The notes under the pieces are model-generated. The model was not told the DNA's origin. It saw nothing but the letters and a program-made list of their open reading frames with translations, and made no database searches. The translations under genes and the position numbers were made by a program. Positions 12,101 to 20,699 of a stretch of DNA of 64,000 nucleotides are shown here, piece after piece (position 1 is the stretch's first letter; every line of letters begins with the position of its first letter). This DNA comes from Candidatus Omnitrophota bacterium (GTDB lineage: Bacteria > Omnitrophota > Gorgyraeia > Gorgyraeales > Gorgyraeaceae), in contig JAHJHC010000088.1 of assembly GCA_018824145.1 (NCBI GenBank), positions 2,696 through 66,695 of the forward strand. Direction: 5' to 3'.

Positions 12101-12148
12101 AAGGGGGAAGTCATAAAAGGTAAGATAGCAATGTCTTTAGATATTTGA
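9119..12148 (+). CDS. 1009-aa fusion: an N-terminal rSAM/SPASM-like domain, a cobalamin-binding rSAM domain, and a C-terminal extension of about 280 aa with no recognisable domain
   Basis: First rSAM motif SLCNASCVFCPY with a downstream Cys-rich region (CNSIW...LCCMDW...LGDL...IW). Second half has a B12-binding-like region (LLIMTPPWQTKMPPLGAAYLSSFL) and a second rSAM motif (ISRGCINRCSFC). An alternative start is at 9140. Confidence 0.8.
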   Translation: MYRNEKEMNFPKYLSIQTTSLCNASCVFCPYREMQDIFPPKIMDMNLYNKIIDECANYKNVERIILYMNNEPLTDPYLLERINYAKEKIPWANVHILTNGLLLTEEMAERLINSKLDWIGISFHGIRQETIENAMGIPFGVTLKRIDGFVERARSKKDIKEYVMITFLRHEYLTGEEKEEVIGYWKSKGIERISYFDGPVSRAGNVKRLAKTHNKGRIVGCNSIWADEMIHIVEDGKMVLCCMDWRREHVLGDLNNQSIYEIWNGERNKTWQLIYGKGDMPDGFLCRKCEEAQISEEDLLLIMTPPWQTKMPPLGAAYLSSFLRSEGFKIKVIDLNVKLHNSASEDKRSLWDISTINNFPPDKIAEKFVHEFQGELEDFIMEACNSSAKLIGFSTTIASITIAVYLAHQIKLRDPSKITIIGGPGAYWNTFDIDPKKLIDIFVVGEGELPLLEILKWSKRELSLSGLIGIPGTVICIDQQYLSFLPPNPIKRIDDIPFPDFLEFNLKDYNKEDGYKPLPLLISRGCINRCSFCIDHKMNNPFRIKDPHKVVEEMKFHVKHYDTREFEFNDLLCNGNLKQLEKICDLIIEENIDIKWSSYAAIREGMSLELCRKMYKSGCMGICYGMESASDIVLKKMNKRYDSQLAEEVIRNTHNAGIKSCINIVIGHPGETEREFRNTYEFIRRNKDYIDQVTNVSTCFVLSETDLMNNPSKFGVYFKWPLKTRWRAFIKKDGLCPNYTEYYTGPDNGPYSRARRLRRFLGLLHKENVPYLIINYIKPHNENLDEFIEADKRKRNLKYKYFELNVSEQGRCKLFCKNLELTRDVGMNASFFVNNKWIDSSTARWDVKRHNAFVDIKIRWPEFPITQHWTVKFTSRSIDWGIEIFFHEGLRIFQSKIGVMLVNKYNKYILNDSIANFPSFSTKKWQEILFSRISEIGLVSSSPFPGIVLKPKFEKEVFIQLQNSPSSLLTRMVNVCFFENSNPEGFNNDGHYFKKGEVIKGKIAMSLDI

Positions 12149-12210
12149 ACATTAAGATGCTAGTAGGTTGGTTTGCCTATAGACAAAAAAGAGATTGAGG
12201 AAATGAGAAA

Positions 12211-15200
12211 ATGAAAGAGTTCAAGGATAAGAAAGAAGTCCCTGATATATTTCTTGTAATTTCACCACCATGGGGCATAGAAGATCCTCCTTTGGGATTA
12301 GCTTGCCTTTCTACGTACCTTAAGATTAGGGGTTTTAAGCCAGAAGTGTTTGATTTTAATATTTATATGTATGACAATGCAAACCAGTCATATAAATACC
12401 TCTGGGAGATGGGAAGTGCAAACGATTGGAGAGGCAAGGGTGCATCTAACGAGATATTTTCTATCTTTAAAAAAGAAATAGATTATTGTGTAGAGAAGAT
12501 TGTTTCTTCTGGCGCTGAGATAGTAGGATTTTCTATGCTTTCTAACTCGCAGGATTTGATTACCGCGAAGATTATAAAAGAAGTTAAGACAAAGAGACCT
12601 AATATCAAGATAATTTTAGGGGGGATTTCTATCTCTGTCTCTGAGCAGAGGGCTTTCTTTGAAGCAAAGGGCAATAATTTAATCGATGCTTATATTATAG
12701 GAGAAGGAGAAGAGAGTTTATGTCAGCTATTGCAAGCCATTAAATCGGCACAATCACTTGAAGGTATTCAGGGCGTTTTAATTTATAAAGATGACAACGT
12801 AATTCACTCACCCAGGATTTTAAAGGAAAATCTTGATGAATTTCCCTTTCCAACATTTGAAGAGTTCGATTTTAATATGTATCTTAATAAAGGCAATAGT
12901 CTTGCTATGGAGTGGTCGAGAGGTTGTATCGGTCATTGTTCTTTCTGTGCCTTTAAAACATCATCATATATGTTTAGAAAAAAGTGTCCGGAGTTAATAG
13001 TTAAAACGGTAGAATATTATATTAAAAAATATAAAACTAATCATTTTTCCCTAGTAGATTCAGCTATAAACGGGGATTTAAAATATCTTGAGGAAATTTG
13101 CAATTTACTCATTAGATATAAACTAAATGTCAAATTTTCCGCTTTAGCTATCCCAAGAAGAGATATGAGCAAGAGATTATTAGGGATAATGAAAGAGGCA
13201 GGATTTATAAGAATAGAATATGGCGTGGAGAGTGGTTCGGATAAGGTCTTAAAGGAAATGAAAAAGGTTTATGCCTCAAGAGACGTTGAGAATATTATAA
13301 AAGCGACTCATGAAACAGGGATTGCAACAGTAATTTATTTGATTATAGGTTTTCCGGGGGAAGGGGAAGTCGAGTTTGCAGAGACAATTGAGTTTTTAAA
13401 GAGTAACAGTGAATATATCGATCTTGTTAAATCTATAAACCCGCTATATCTAATGGCTGGGTCGCATATTTATAAGCATCATAAGCATTATGGGATTACA
13501 TTACCAGCTGTTGACTCTGATATTAAGTGGTTTATAGGTAGAGAAAATACATACAAAATAAGAGTAGAACGGGTAAATAAAATCAGGTATCTTCTGAAAG
13601 AAATAGGTGTTAAATATCATAGTAAAGATAACCAGTTCGAACGCGAAGTGAGTTTTTCACAGGTTTCTTCAGATAGAACTTTAGACTTTTTGTTGGTCAA
13701 TTTGCCTCCCTGGTCGCAGGAAAATCCTCATATAGGGATAGGATTTTTAAGTAGTTATTTGAGGAGTAAGTCTGTTGCTCTGAAAGTGTTGGATTTAAAC
13801 AAAGCCTTTTTTATCAACAACCCGGATTTTAGAATGCTATGGCATGTAGAAAATAAAAATTTTTGGTCAAACAAAGATACATTCCCGTTAATTTTGGAAA
13901 TATTCCAAAAAGATATTGAAAAGTCCGTAGAAGATATTTTGTCTTTTGATTGTGCTGTGTTAGGTTTTTCCGTGGTCGATCCCAAAGAGAAATTAACCAT
14001 AGAGTTTATAGAAAGGATAAAAGAAAAATCCCCGGATAAAAAAATAATTTTAGGGGGACCGGCTACTTCTACTCCTGAACAGAGGAAAATATTTTTAGAT
14101 GCTGCAGGAGAAGACATAGATGTTTTTGTTGTGGGTGAAGGAGAGGAAACTTTGTTTTATTTATTAGAGATGTTTTTACGTAAGAAAGATATCAAGATAA
14201 CAGGAGAGTGCTATATAAAAAATAACGGAAGATGGGTGCATAGAGGTGTGAGACCTATGATTGCTTTGGATGGTATCCCCTTTCCTACTTATGAAGAATT
14301 TGATTTAAATTTATACGGTAAGTCTCTTTTGGTTGAATGGTCTAGAGGATGTAAAGGTAGATGCGCATTTTGTAAGAATTACAGGTTGTTTTCTATGTAC
14401 AGATTTAAACCAGCAGATTGTATAGTGCAAGAGTTGAAATATCATAAAGAAAAATACAATATATGCGAGTTTACAGTTACTGATAGTATTTTAAACGGAG
14501 ATTTAGAGAATTTAAACCAGGTGTGTAATAAGGTGATCTTGGATAACCTAAAGATAAAATGGACAGGGCAGATAGCACCTCATAAATATATGGGTTTTGA
14601 TTTTTTTAAAAAGATGAAAGAAGCTGGATGTTTTAAGCTTCAGATAGGACTGGAATCCGGATCTAATAGGGTTTTAAGGTCTATGCGAAAGACTTTTACG
14701 GCAGAAATCTCTGAAATGAACATAAGGTTTGCTAAAAAAGCTGGGATTGAAACTGAGATCTTTGTAATGGTAGGATTTCCTTCTGAGACAGAGAGAGATT
14801 TTAAGGAGACTTACAATTTTATCAGGAGAAATTCTAATTATATAGATACGATAAAATCAATTAATACCTTGCATTTGATAGCAGGGACAGATATATATGA
14901 AAACAGAGAGAAGTACGGTATTAAACCTTTGCCTGAAAAAGATTGGCATTATTTATGGGAGACTTATGATGGAAATATATATAACTTGAGAAAAGAAAAA
15001 ACGCAAAGGTTATTGGATTTGTCAAATGACTTAGGGTTGAAAGTTATGGAGGCTAATATACAAGAAGGAAAAGAAAATATAGTTGAAACAATAATAGGAA
15101 AACAAGATTTAAAAGAAAAGATCCTAATACTTAAAGAATCCGTGAATAGCTTACAAAGACTTCCGCAGAAAAGGATGATTACAAGAAGAAGTCGGAAGCT

Positions 15201-15315
15201 GTCTAGATGGCTGATCTTGATTTTCCTGTGTTTTTATACATTTTTTTATATTATTTATTTCTGGATCTATATGAAGCTTAGGAATAAGGTATTGTTGGGC
15301 GGTAGGAGAAAATAA
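12211..15315 (+). CDS. 1034-aa tandem fusion of two cobalamin-binding rSAM modules with a C-terminal transmembrane anchor
   Basis: Two copies of the B12-binding region (LVISPPWGIEDPPLGLACLSTYL; LLVNLPPWSQENPHIGIGFLSSYL) and two rSAM motifs (EWSRGCIGHCSFC; EWSRGCKGRCAFC). The C-terminus carries a hydrophobic helix (WLILIFLCFYTFFYIIYFWIY). Confidence 0.8.
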   Translation: MKEFKDKKEVPDIFLVISPPWGIEDPPLGLACLSTYLKIRGFKPEVFDFNIYMYDNANQSYKYLWEMGSANDWRGKGASNEIFSIFKKEIDYCVEKIVSSGAEIVGFSMLSNSQDLITAKIIKEVKTKRPNIKIILGGISISVSEQRAFFEAKGNNLIDAYIIGEGEESLCQLLQAIKSAQSLEGIQGVLIYKDDNVIHSPRILKENLDEFPFPTFEEFDFNMYLNKGNSLAMEWSRGCIGHCSFCAFKTSSYMFRKKCPELIVKTVEYYIKKYKTNHFSLVDSAINGDLKYLEEICNLLIRYKLNVKFSALAIPRRDMSKRLLGIMKEAGFIRIEYGVESGSDKVLKEMKKVYASRDVENIIKATHETGIATVIYLIIGFPGEGEVEFAETIEFLKSNSEYIDLVKSINPLYLMAGSHIYKHHKHYGITLPAVDSDIKWFIGRENTYKIRVERVNKIRYLLKEIGVKYHSKDNQFEREVSFSQVSSDRTLDFLLVNLPPWSQENPHIGIGFLSSYLRSKSVALKVLDLNKAFFINNPDFRMLWHVENKNFWSNKDTFPLILEIFQKDIEKSVEDILSFDCAVLGFSVVDPKEKLTIEFIERIKEKSPDKKIILGGPATSTPEQRKIFLDAAGEDIDVFVVGEGEETLFYLLEMFLRKKDIKITGECYIKNNGRWVHRGVRPMIALDGIPFPTYEEFDLNLYGKSLLVEWSRGCKGRCAFCKNYRLFSMYRFKPADCIVQELKYHKEKYNICEFTVTDSILNGDLENLNQVCNKVILDNLKIKWTGQIAPHKYMGFDFFKKMKEAGCFKLQIGLESGSNRVLRSMRKTFTAEISEMNIRFAKKAGIETEIFVMVGFPSETERDFKETYNFIRRNSNYIDTIKSINTLHLIAGTDIYENREKYGIKPLPEKDWHYLWETYDGNIYNLRKEKTQRLLDLSNDLGLKVMEANIQEGKENIVETIIGKQDLKEKILILKESVNSLQRLPQKRMITRRSRKLSRWLILIFLCFYTFFYIIYFWIYMKLRNKVLLGGRRK

Positions 15316-15337
15316 TCTCAAATAAACGGGGAGAGTT

Positions 15338-16285
15338 ATGACAGGAGACAAAATCAAGTTTTCAGTAGTAGTGCCTTTTTATAATGAAGAAGACAATGTA
15401 AAAATACTCCACAAGGAATTGATTTCTGCGCTGAAAGGGCATGAATATGAGTTAGTTTATGTTAATGACGGAAGCACAGATTCTACTTATTCTAGACTTA
15501 TAAAAGAGACAGAAGACCTTAAGCCGCCGCATGCAAAAATAATTAATTTCACTAAAAATCTTGGTCAGTCGTTTGCGTTCAAGGCAGGATTGGATAATAC
15601 TTCTTTTGATACAATAGTTTTTATAGACGGGGATTTACAAAATGATCCTCGCGATATCCCTTTGTTATTAGAGAAATTTCTAGAGGGATATGATTTGGCC
15701 CAGGGTATAAGGGCGAGGAGGAAGGACCCGTTTTTTTCTAAGATAGTGCCTTCAAAAATAGCCAATTTAATTTTAAGAATTTTATGCGGAAGTAAATTTA
15801 AAGATTTGGGATGTTCTTTAAAAGTATTTTCTAAAAAGATTACCGATAGATTGTTTTTTTATAAAGGGTTTCACAGGCTCCTACCCGTATATTTTTCTTT
15901 AAAAGGCGCTAAGGTTACAGAAGTAAAAGTAAACCACAGAAGTCGAAAATCAGGAAAGAGTAAATATGGATTTTCAAGGACGATAGAAGTGTTATTTGAG
16001 GTTATAAAGATAAATTTTTTCGAGAAAGGCTCAAATAATTTTATATATATTACAATAGGTGTGGGAATGACTTTGGTTATCTTAAGTTTTTTAGTGGGGT
16101 TCAATTTTATTAAATATATCAATTTATACTCCTTTATGGCCCTTCTTTCTTTTGTATTAGGGCTATATCTTTTTGTAATAGCATCAAGTCTTTATATTAT
16201 AAGGTCTTTTTATAGTTATTATCAAAAATATAAAGAATTTGATGCATATTTATTATCAGTTGTAAATTATAGTCAAAATCCCTAA
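15338..16285 (+). CDS. GT2 polyprenol-phosphate glycosyltransferase (GtrB/ArnC/DPM1-like) with C-terminal TM helices
   Basis: N-terminal FSVVVPFYNEE, then DGS...D and DGDLQNDP motifs typical of GT-A family GT2 dolichol-phosphate sugar synthases, followed by two C-terminal hydrophobic helices. Confidence 0.8.
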   Translation: MTGDKIKFSVVVPFYNEEDNVKILHKELISALKGHEYELVYVNDGSTDSTYSRLIKETEDLKPPHAKIINFTKNLGQSFAFKAGLDNTSFDTIVFIDGDLQNDPRDIPLLLEKFLEGYDLAQGIRARRKDPFFSKIVPSKIANLILRILCGSKFKDLGCSLKVFSKKITDRLFFYKGFHRLLPVYFSLKGAKVTEVKVNHRSRKSGKSKYGFSRTIEVLFEVIKINFFEKGSNNFIYITIGVGMTLVILSFLVGFNFIKYINLYSFMALLSFVLGLYLFVIASSLYIIRSFYSYYQKYKEFDAYLLSVVNYSQNP

Positions 16286-16286
16286 T

Positions 16287-17756
16287 ATGATTGCTGTTGG
16301 AAAGGACAATTTTATGCAAGGAATAAAGTTTTGTTTGGTTTTCCCCCCTTATAAAGAAAGTGAAGATATCTTTTTCTTGAAAACCGCGAGAAATAATTTA
16401 GGGAAGATTCCTCCTCTTAGTTTATTGGCTGTGGCTGCAATATTAGAGAAATACGGTGCTGAGGTTAAGCTTATAGATGCAAATGCGTCAGGGCTTTCTG
16501 TAGATGAGGTGATCCAAACTGCTGTTGAATTTTCTCCTGATTTTTTGGGATTCACCTTATCTACATATCAGTTCCATTTTACCTTAGAATGGATAAGGAA
16601 GCTTCGGTCGAAAGTTGACGTTCCTGTAATAGTAGGTGGTCCTCATGCAAGAATATATCCTCGGGAGGTATTAACTCATGAGTGCATCGATTATTGTGTT
16701 ATGGGGGATGCAGAAGATATATTGCCCCAGTTGACCTATTCATTAGTCGAGAAAAAGAGCTTAACTGAAGTAGGGGGGATAGCATATAAAAATAATGAAG
16801 GAGATGTAAAGTCAAACGACTTTTCTTTGTATATTGACAGTTTAGATGGTGCCCCGTTTCCTTCGCGGCATTTATCGGACAATTCTTTATACTATTCTTT
16901 GATATCTAAATATAAAAACTTTACGGCAATGACTTCAAGCAGGGGATGTGTTTTTCAGTGCACATTTTGTGATAATCATTGTATTCCTTACAGGGCTATG
17001 AGTCCTAAGAGGGTTGTGGATGAGATGGAGATTTGCAAAAAAGATTTTGCTATAAATGAAATAGATATGTTTGACGGGGTTTTTTCTGTTAATAAAAAGA
17101 GATTGTTGGAAGTAAGCGATCAAATAGTAAAAAGAAAGCTTAAAATATATTGGTCATTTAGGACCAGGGCTGATTTGATTGATAAAGAGACGCTAACGGC
17201 ATTAAAATCAGCGGGATGTATAAGGATATATTATGGAATAGAAAGTGGTTCCGCTAAGATTTTAAAAAATATTAAGAAGAATGTGGAAATCGAAAATATT
17301 AAATATATACTGAAATTGACAAAAGGCGCAGGGATAGATACCTTTGGATATTTTATGGTTGGAAATTATGGGGAAACCTATGAGACGATCAGCGAGACTA
17401 TGGATCTAATGCTATCTCTCCCCTTGGATTACATACAGATAGCTCCGATATTTTATCCTCCTAATACTGAGGTTTATTCTGATTTAATGAAGGTAATAAA
17501 ACGGGATTATTGGAAGGACTATACCGTAGATTCCGAGTTAGAGATGGAATTCCCTATAATAGGGACTGATTTTAATAAAAGTCAAATCCATTCTATTGTC
17601 AGAAAAATGTATTTACGTTTTTATTTAAGGCCTAAATTTATTATCAAATTCATATTTAGTTTAAAATCTTTTAGCCAATTAGCACGATCGGTAAAGGCAG
17701 TTTTTGATATGGTCAGAGAATCTGTAATAGACAATTCTGCAAATAAGGAGTTTTAA
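16287..17756 (+). CDS. Cobalamin-binding (class B) radical SAM protein
   Basis: B12-binding-like N-terminal region (IVGGPHA, MGDAED) and rSAM motif SSRGCVFQCTFC. Confidence 0.8.
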   Translation: MIAVGKDNFMQGIKFCLVFPPYKESEDIFFLKTARNNLGKIPPLSLLAVAAILEKYGAEVKLIDANASGLSVDEVIQTAVEFSPDFLGFTLSTYQFHFTLEWIRKLRSKVDVPVIVGGPHARIYPREVLTHECIDYCVMGDAEDILPQLTYSLVEKKSLTEVGGIAYKNNEGDVKSNDFSLYIDSLDGAPFPSRHLSDNSLYYSLISKYKNFTAMTSSRGCVFQCTFCDNHCIPYRAMSPKRVVDEMEICKKDFAINEIDMFDGVFSVNKKRLLEVSDQIVKRKLKIYWSFRTRADLIDKETLTALKSAGCIRIYYGIESGSAKILKNIKKNVEIENIKYILKLTKGAGIDTFGYFMVGNYGETYETISETMDLMLSLPLDYIQIAPIFYPPNTEVYSDLMKVIKRDYWKDYTVDSELEMEFPIIGTDFNKSQIHSIVRKMYLRFYLRPKFIIKFIFSLKSFSQLARSVKAVFDMVRESVIDNSANKEF

Positions 17757-17788
17757 AGGATAAAGACATATCCATAGGGTTTGTTGCC

Positions 17789-19237
17789 ATGCGTAAAAAA
17801 AGAAGGATTTTATTAATAGTAATTTTTTTTATTGGGATAAGTTTACGTTTGGCTTCTTTTTCTTTTAATCAGGACAACTTGGATATGGATGATGACGAAC
17901 CTTGGTCGAGAATAAATTTAGCAATGGTCTGGCTTGAATCTGGAGAAGGGATTGTCGATTTAAATTTCAGCCCTCTTTATACTTATATGGTATCGACATT
18001 GCGGTTTTTTGATAAAAAAAATTTTATTTTACTTACACGTCTTGTAAGCCTTGTTTTCGGTAGTCTTTTTATATTTTTATATTTTAATTCAGTAGAGAAG
18101 ATATTTAATGCAAAGATAGCTTATCTTTCCGCTTTTTTTGTAGCCGTTTACCCTTTACACATTCATCTAAGCACGCTTTCTTTACCCGAGGTCATAGCTT
18201 GTTTCTTCTTATTCGCGTCTTTATTTTTTCTGCATCAATTTTTATATGTTTCGGATAGATGGACTAATCTGATTATCTCCGCATTATTTTTAACATATGC
18301 TTGTATGCTGCGATTCGAGTGTTGGCTGTTTATTTTAATATTTTCCACATGGATTTTTGTTAAACGTAAAATTTCTAAGGGGTTATTGATATTTTTGTTT
18401 TTGTCTTTAATTTTTCCTTCGGTATGGATGTTTGTGAATTATAGATATACGGGCAATCCCGTAAATTTTGTATTTATTTCGGCAGAAGCTACCAAGTATT
18501 TTATGTCTACGGAAGATTTATCGTTAAGAGATAAAATCTGGGGATGGCCCAAGGTATTGTATTATACGTTAGGCAGCCCTTTATTTATACTTTGTTGTAT
18601 GGGTTTTATCGTCCCTCTTGTTTTTAGGAAATTTAGAAATGTATTTTATTATTCATTTGCGATATTCTTTTCAATTTATATGGTTAAGTCTATTAATAAT
18701 ACTTATAGTTTCGATATTTGGAGGTATAGTTTGCCATTAGGCTTATTTTTTATTCCCTTTGCTGGTGTAATTATCTACTCATCGCCGGCTTTTTTTCAAA
18801 GAAAAAAATATTTTATAATGTTCATTTGTCTGCTTGTGTTTTTTGCTTGCATTAAAACGTCATATGTTTTTTCTAAAGGAAGTCAAGCGCCTGAAACTTT
18901 AAATAAAGTGGTGGAATGGATAAAAGCGAATATTTCTGATTCAAACAAAAGAATTTTACTGGAAATATCGCCGAGATATCCTTTGAATCACCCCTATATA
19001 GTAATAAATTCCAATCTTAAATCTTATCAGCACCTCGGATTTTTTTCTACTGGCATGGAAGAGTCTGATGAGAAGTGGGATGAATTTCTCTGTTTGCTTG
19101 GAGATGCAAATTATATACTAGTCAATAAAGAAGAAAGTTTTTTCTCTGAAATATTTTCCGAAGAAAAAGAAATCATAGAAAAGAATGTTATAAAGGTATT
19201 CGAAAATGAAGATTGGTTTATTTGTAAACTTGAATAA
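17789..19237 (+). CDS. Polytopic membrane protein, GT-C superfamily glycosyltransferase (ArnT/PMT-like)
   Basis: More than 10 predicted TM helices. Has an acidic DDDE motif in the first extracytoplasmic loop. Sits directly downstream of a polyprenol-phosphate sugar synthase gene. Confidence 0.55.
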   Translation: MRKKRRILLIVIFFIGISLRLASFSFNQDNLDMDDDEPWSRINLAMVWLESGEGIVDLNFSPLYTYMVSTLRFFDKKNFILLTRLVSLVFGSLFIFLYFNSVEKIFNAKIAYLSAFFVAVYPLHIHLSTLSLPEVIACFFLFASLFFLHQFLYVSDRWTNLIISALFLTYACMLRFECWLFILIFSTWIFVKRKISKGLLIFLFLSLIFPSVWMFVNYRYTGNPVNFVFISAEATKYFMSTEDLSLRDKIWGWPKVLYYTLGSPLFILCCMGFIVPLVFRKFRNVFYYSFAIFFSIYMVKSINNTYSFDIWRYSLPLGLFFIPFAGVIIYSSPAFFQRKKYFIMFICLLVFFACIKTSYVFSKGSQAPETLNKVVEWIKANISDSNKRILLEISPRYPLNHPYIVINSNLKSYQHLGFFSTGMEESDEKWDEFLCLLGDANYILVNKEESFFSEIFSEEKEIIEKNVIKVFENEDWFICKLE

Positions 19238-20693
19238 GCGTATAATCATTGCCCTTTTGATTTTGTTTTTTTTCATAATAAGGGCATGGTTTTTTCTGAA
19301 TACCGATAATCTTTATGGAGCCATACCTTCTCAAAAAATAATTCATTCCCAGTTGATTCTGGAAAATCCATTCGATGTATGGGATGTGAACCCGTTATTA
19401 TACCCTTATCTTTTGGGCGCATGGATAAAAGTTACAAACGATATACTCGTATCTCCGCGAATTTTAAGTCTTGTGTTTTCAGTGTTAATGGTTGTGCCTT
19501 TTTTTAAGTTTTGCGAGATCTTATTTAGGGAAAAGAGAAAGGCAGTGCTGGCTACGGTTTTATTGGGTATTTTTCCTGTGCATATTATGCAAAGCGTAGT
19601 TTCCATGGAAGAAGTCTTTTTCTATTTCTTTTTATTTTTTTCGCTCTACTTTTTTTTGAAATATAAATATGAAAAACAGAATATAAAGATTTTGATTGTA
19701 TCGGCGCTTTTACTCACTATTTCTTGCGGATTTAGGTTTGAGGGATTTTTGTACCCGGCTTTACTTTTTCTCTTTCTTTTAGGAAAGGATAAAAAGCCGT
19801 GTTTGATTTTTCTGGGTATTTCTATGGCTGTTCCGGTTTTATGGGGATTAATAAGTTATGTTAAGTGGCATAATCCTTTTTCTTCGTTTTGGATACAAGA
19901 TGCCGTTGCTTCTTTGGAAATCGAATTGTACAATCAAAAATTTAAGAATGTTTTCGAAAGTGTTATGACTTGTTTACCTTTAGCCGCAATAATTTTTGGT
20001 TTTTTGGGGCTATTGGCAGGCTTAAAAAATAAAAGGTTGTCTGTTGTATATTTATGTTTCTTTGTGTTTTTAGGCATATTTACATTTAAGATATTAAACA
20101 AGGGGTTGTTGTTTCAGGAGCGGTATGTCCTGGCTTTTTCTATTTTTTTTATAATTTTCATTGCAGAAGGTGTTTATTCTATGCTTGATAGGCTTTCTAA
20201 AGTGTGGATAAGAAACTCTATTGTCGTTATTTTGTGCATGTATTATTTTTTTTATACCGCCCATTTATTTAGAGAAAATGAGTTTTTTGGAATGAAAGCA
20301 CCTGAGGAGATAAGGCATATAATTGCATTATTAAGGGATGAACAGAGAAACGATGCAATTATACTGCTGGATGTAGATATGTTTCATGAGTATCCGGAAT
20401 ATATTAATGTTTCAGCTGGATTTAGCCCAAAGAGGGCCGTAATGCCACTGGTTGAAGAAATAATGCATAGGAGACTTACGCCTGGAACCAAGAAAGAGCA
20501 TACGGAATTCGATAAGAGAATTTTGCGCCTATTAAAGGAAAAGAAGATTAATTACATCCTTTATTGTACTAAGGATGGATATTTAAAATATCTTTTTCCT
20601 TTATCGGGTGATTTGGATCAGATAGAAGGTTCTTACTATAAAAGGATTTTCAAAGGAAATATTTTTTGGTTATATAAAATATCACAGGGCTGA
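19206..20693 (+). CDS. Polytopic membrane protein, paralog of 17789-19237 (GT-C-like)
   Basis: Multi-TM protein. Its first-loop region aligns with the upstream paralog (N-x-DNL ... L-E ... D-x-N-PLxY-Y). Confidence 0.5.
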   Translation: MKIGLFVNLNKRIIIALLILFFFIIRAWFFLNTDNLYGAIPSQKIIHSQLILENPFDVWDVNPLLYPYLLGAWIKVTNDILVSPRILSLVFSVLMVVPFFKFCEILFREKRKAVLATVLLGIFPVHIMQSVVSMEEVFFYFFLFFSLYFFLKYKYEKQNIKILIVSALLLTISCGFRFEGFLYPALLFLFLLGKDKKPCLIFLGISMAVPVLWGLISYVKWHNPFSSFWIQDAVASLEIELYNQKFKNVFESVMTCLPLAAIIFGFLGLLAGLKNKRLSVVYLCFFVFLGIFTFKILNKGLLFQERYVLAFSIFFIIFIAEGVYSMLDRLSKVWIRNSIVVILCMYYFFYTAHLFRENEFFGMKAPEEIRHIIALLRDEQRNDAIILLDVDMFHEYPEYINVSAGFSPKRAVMPLVEEIMHRRLTPGTKKEHTEFDKRILRLLKEKKINYILYCTKDGYLKYLFPLSGDLDQIEGSYYKRIFKGNIFWLYKISQG

Positions 20694-20699
20694 TAAATT

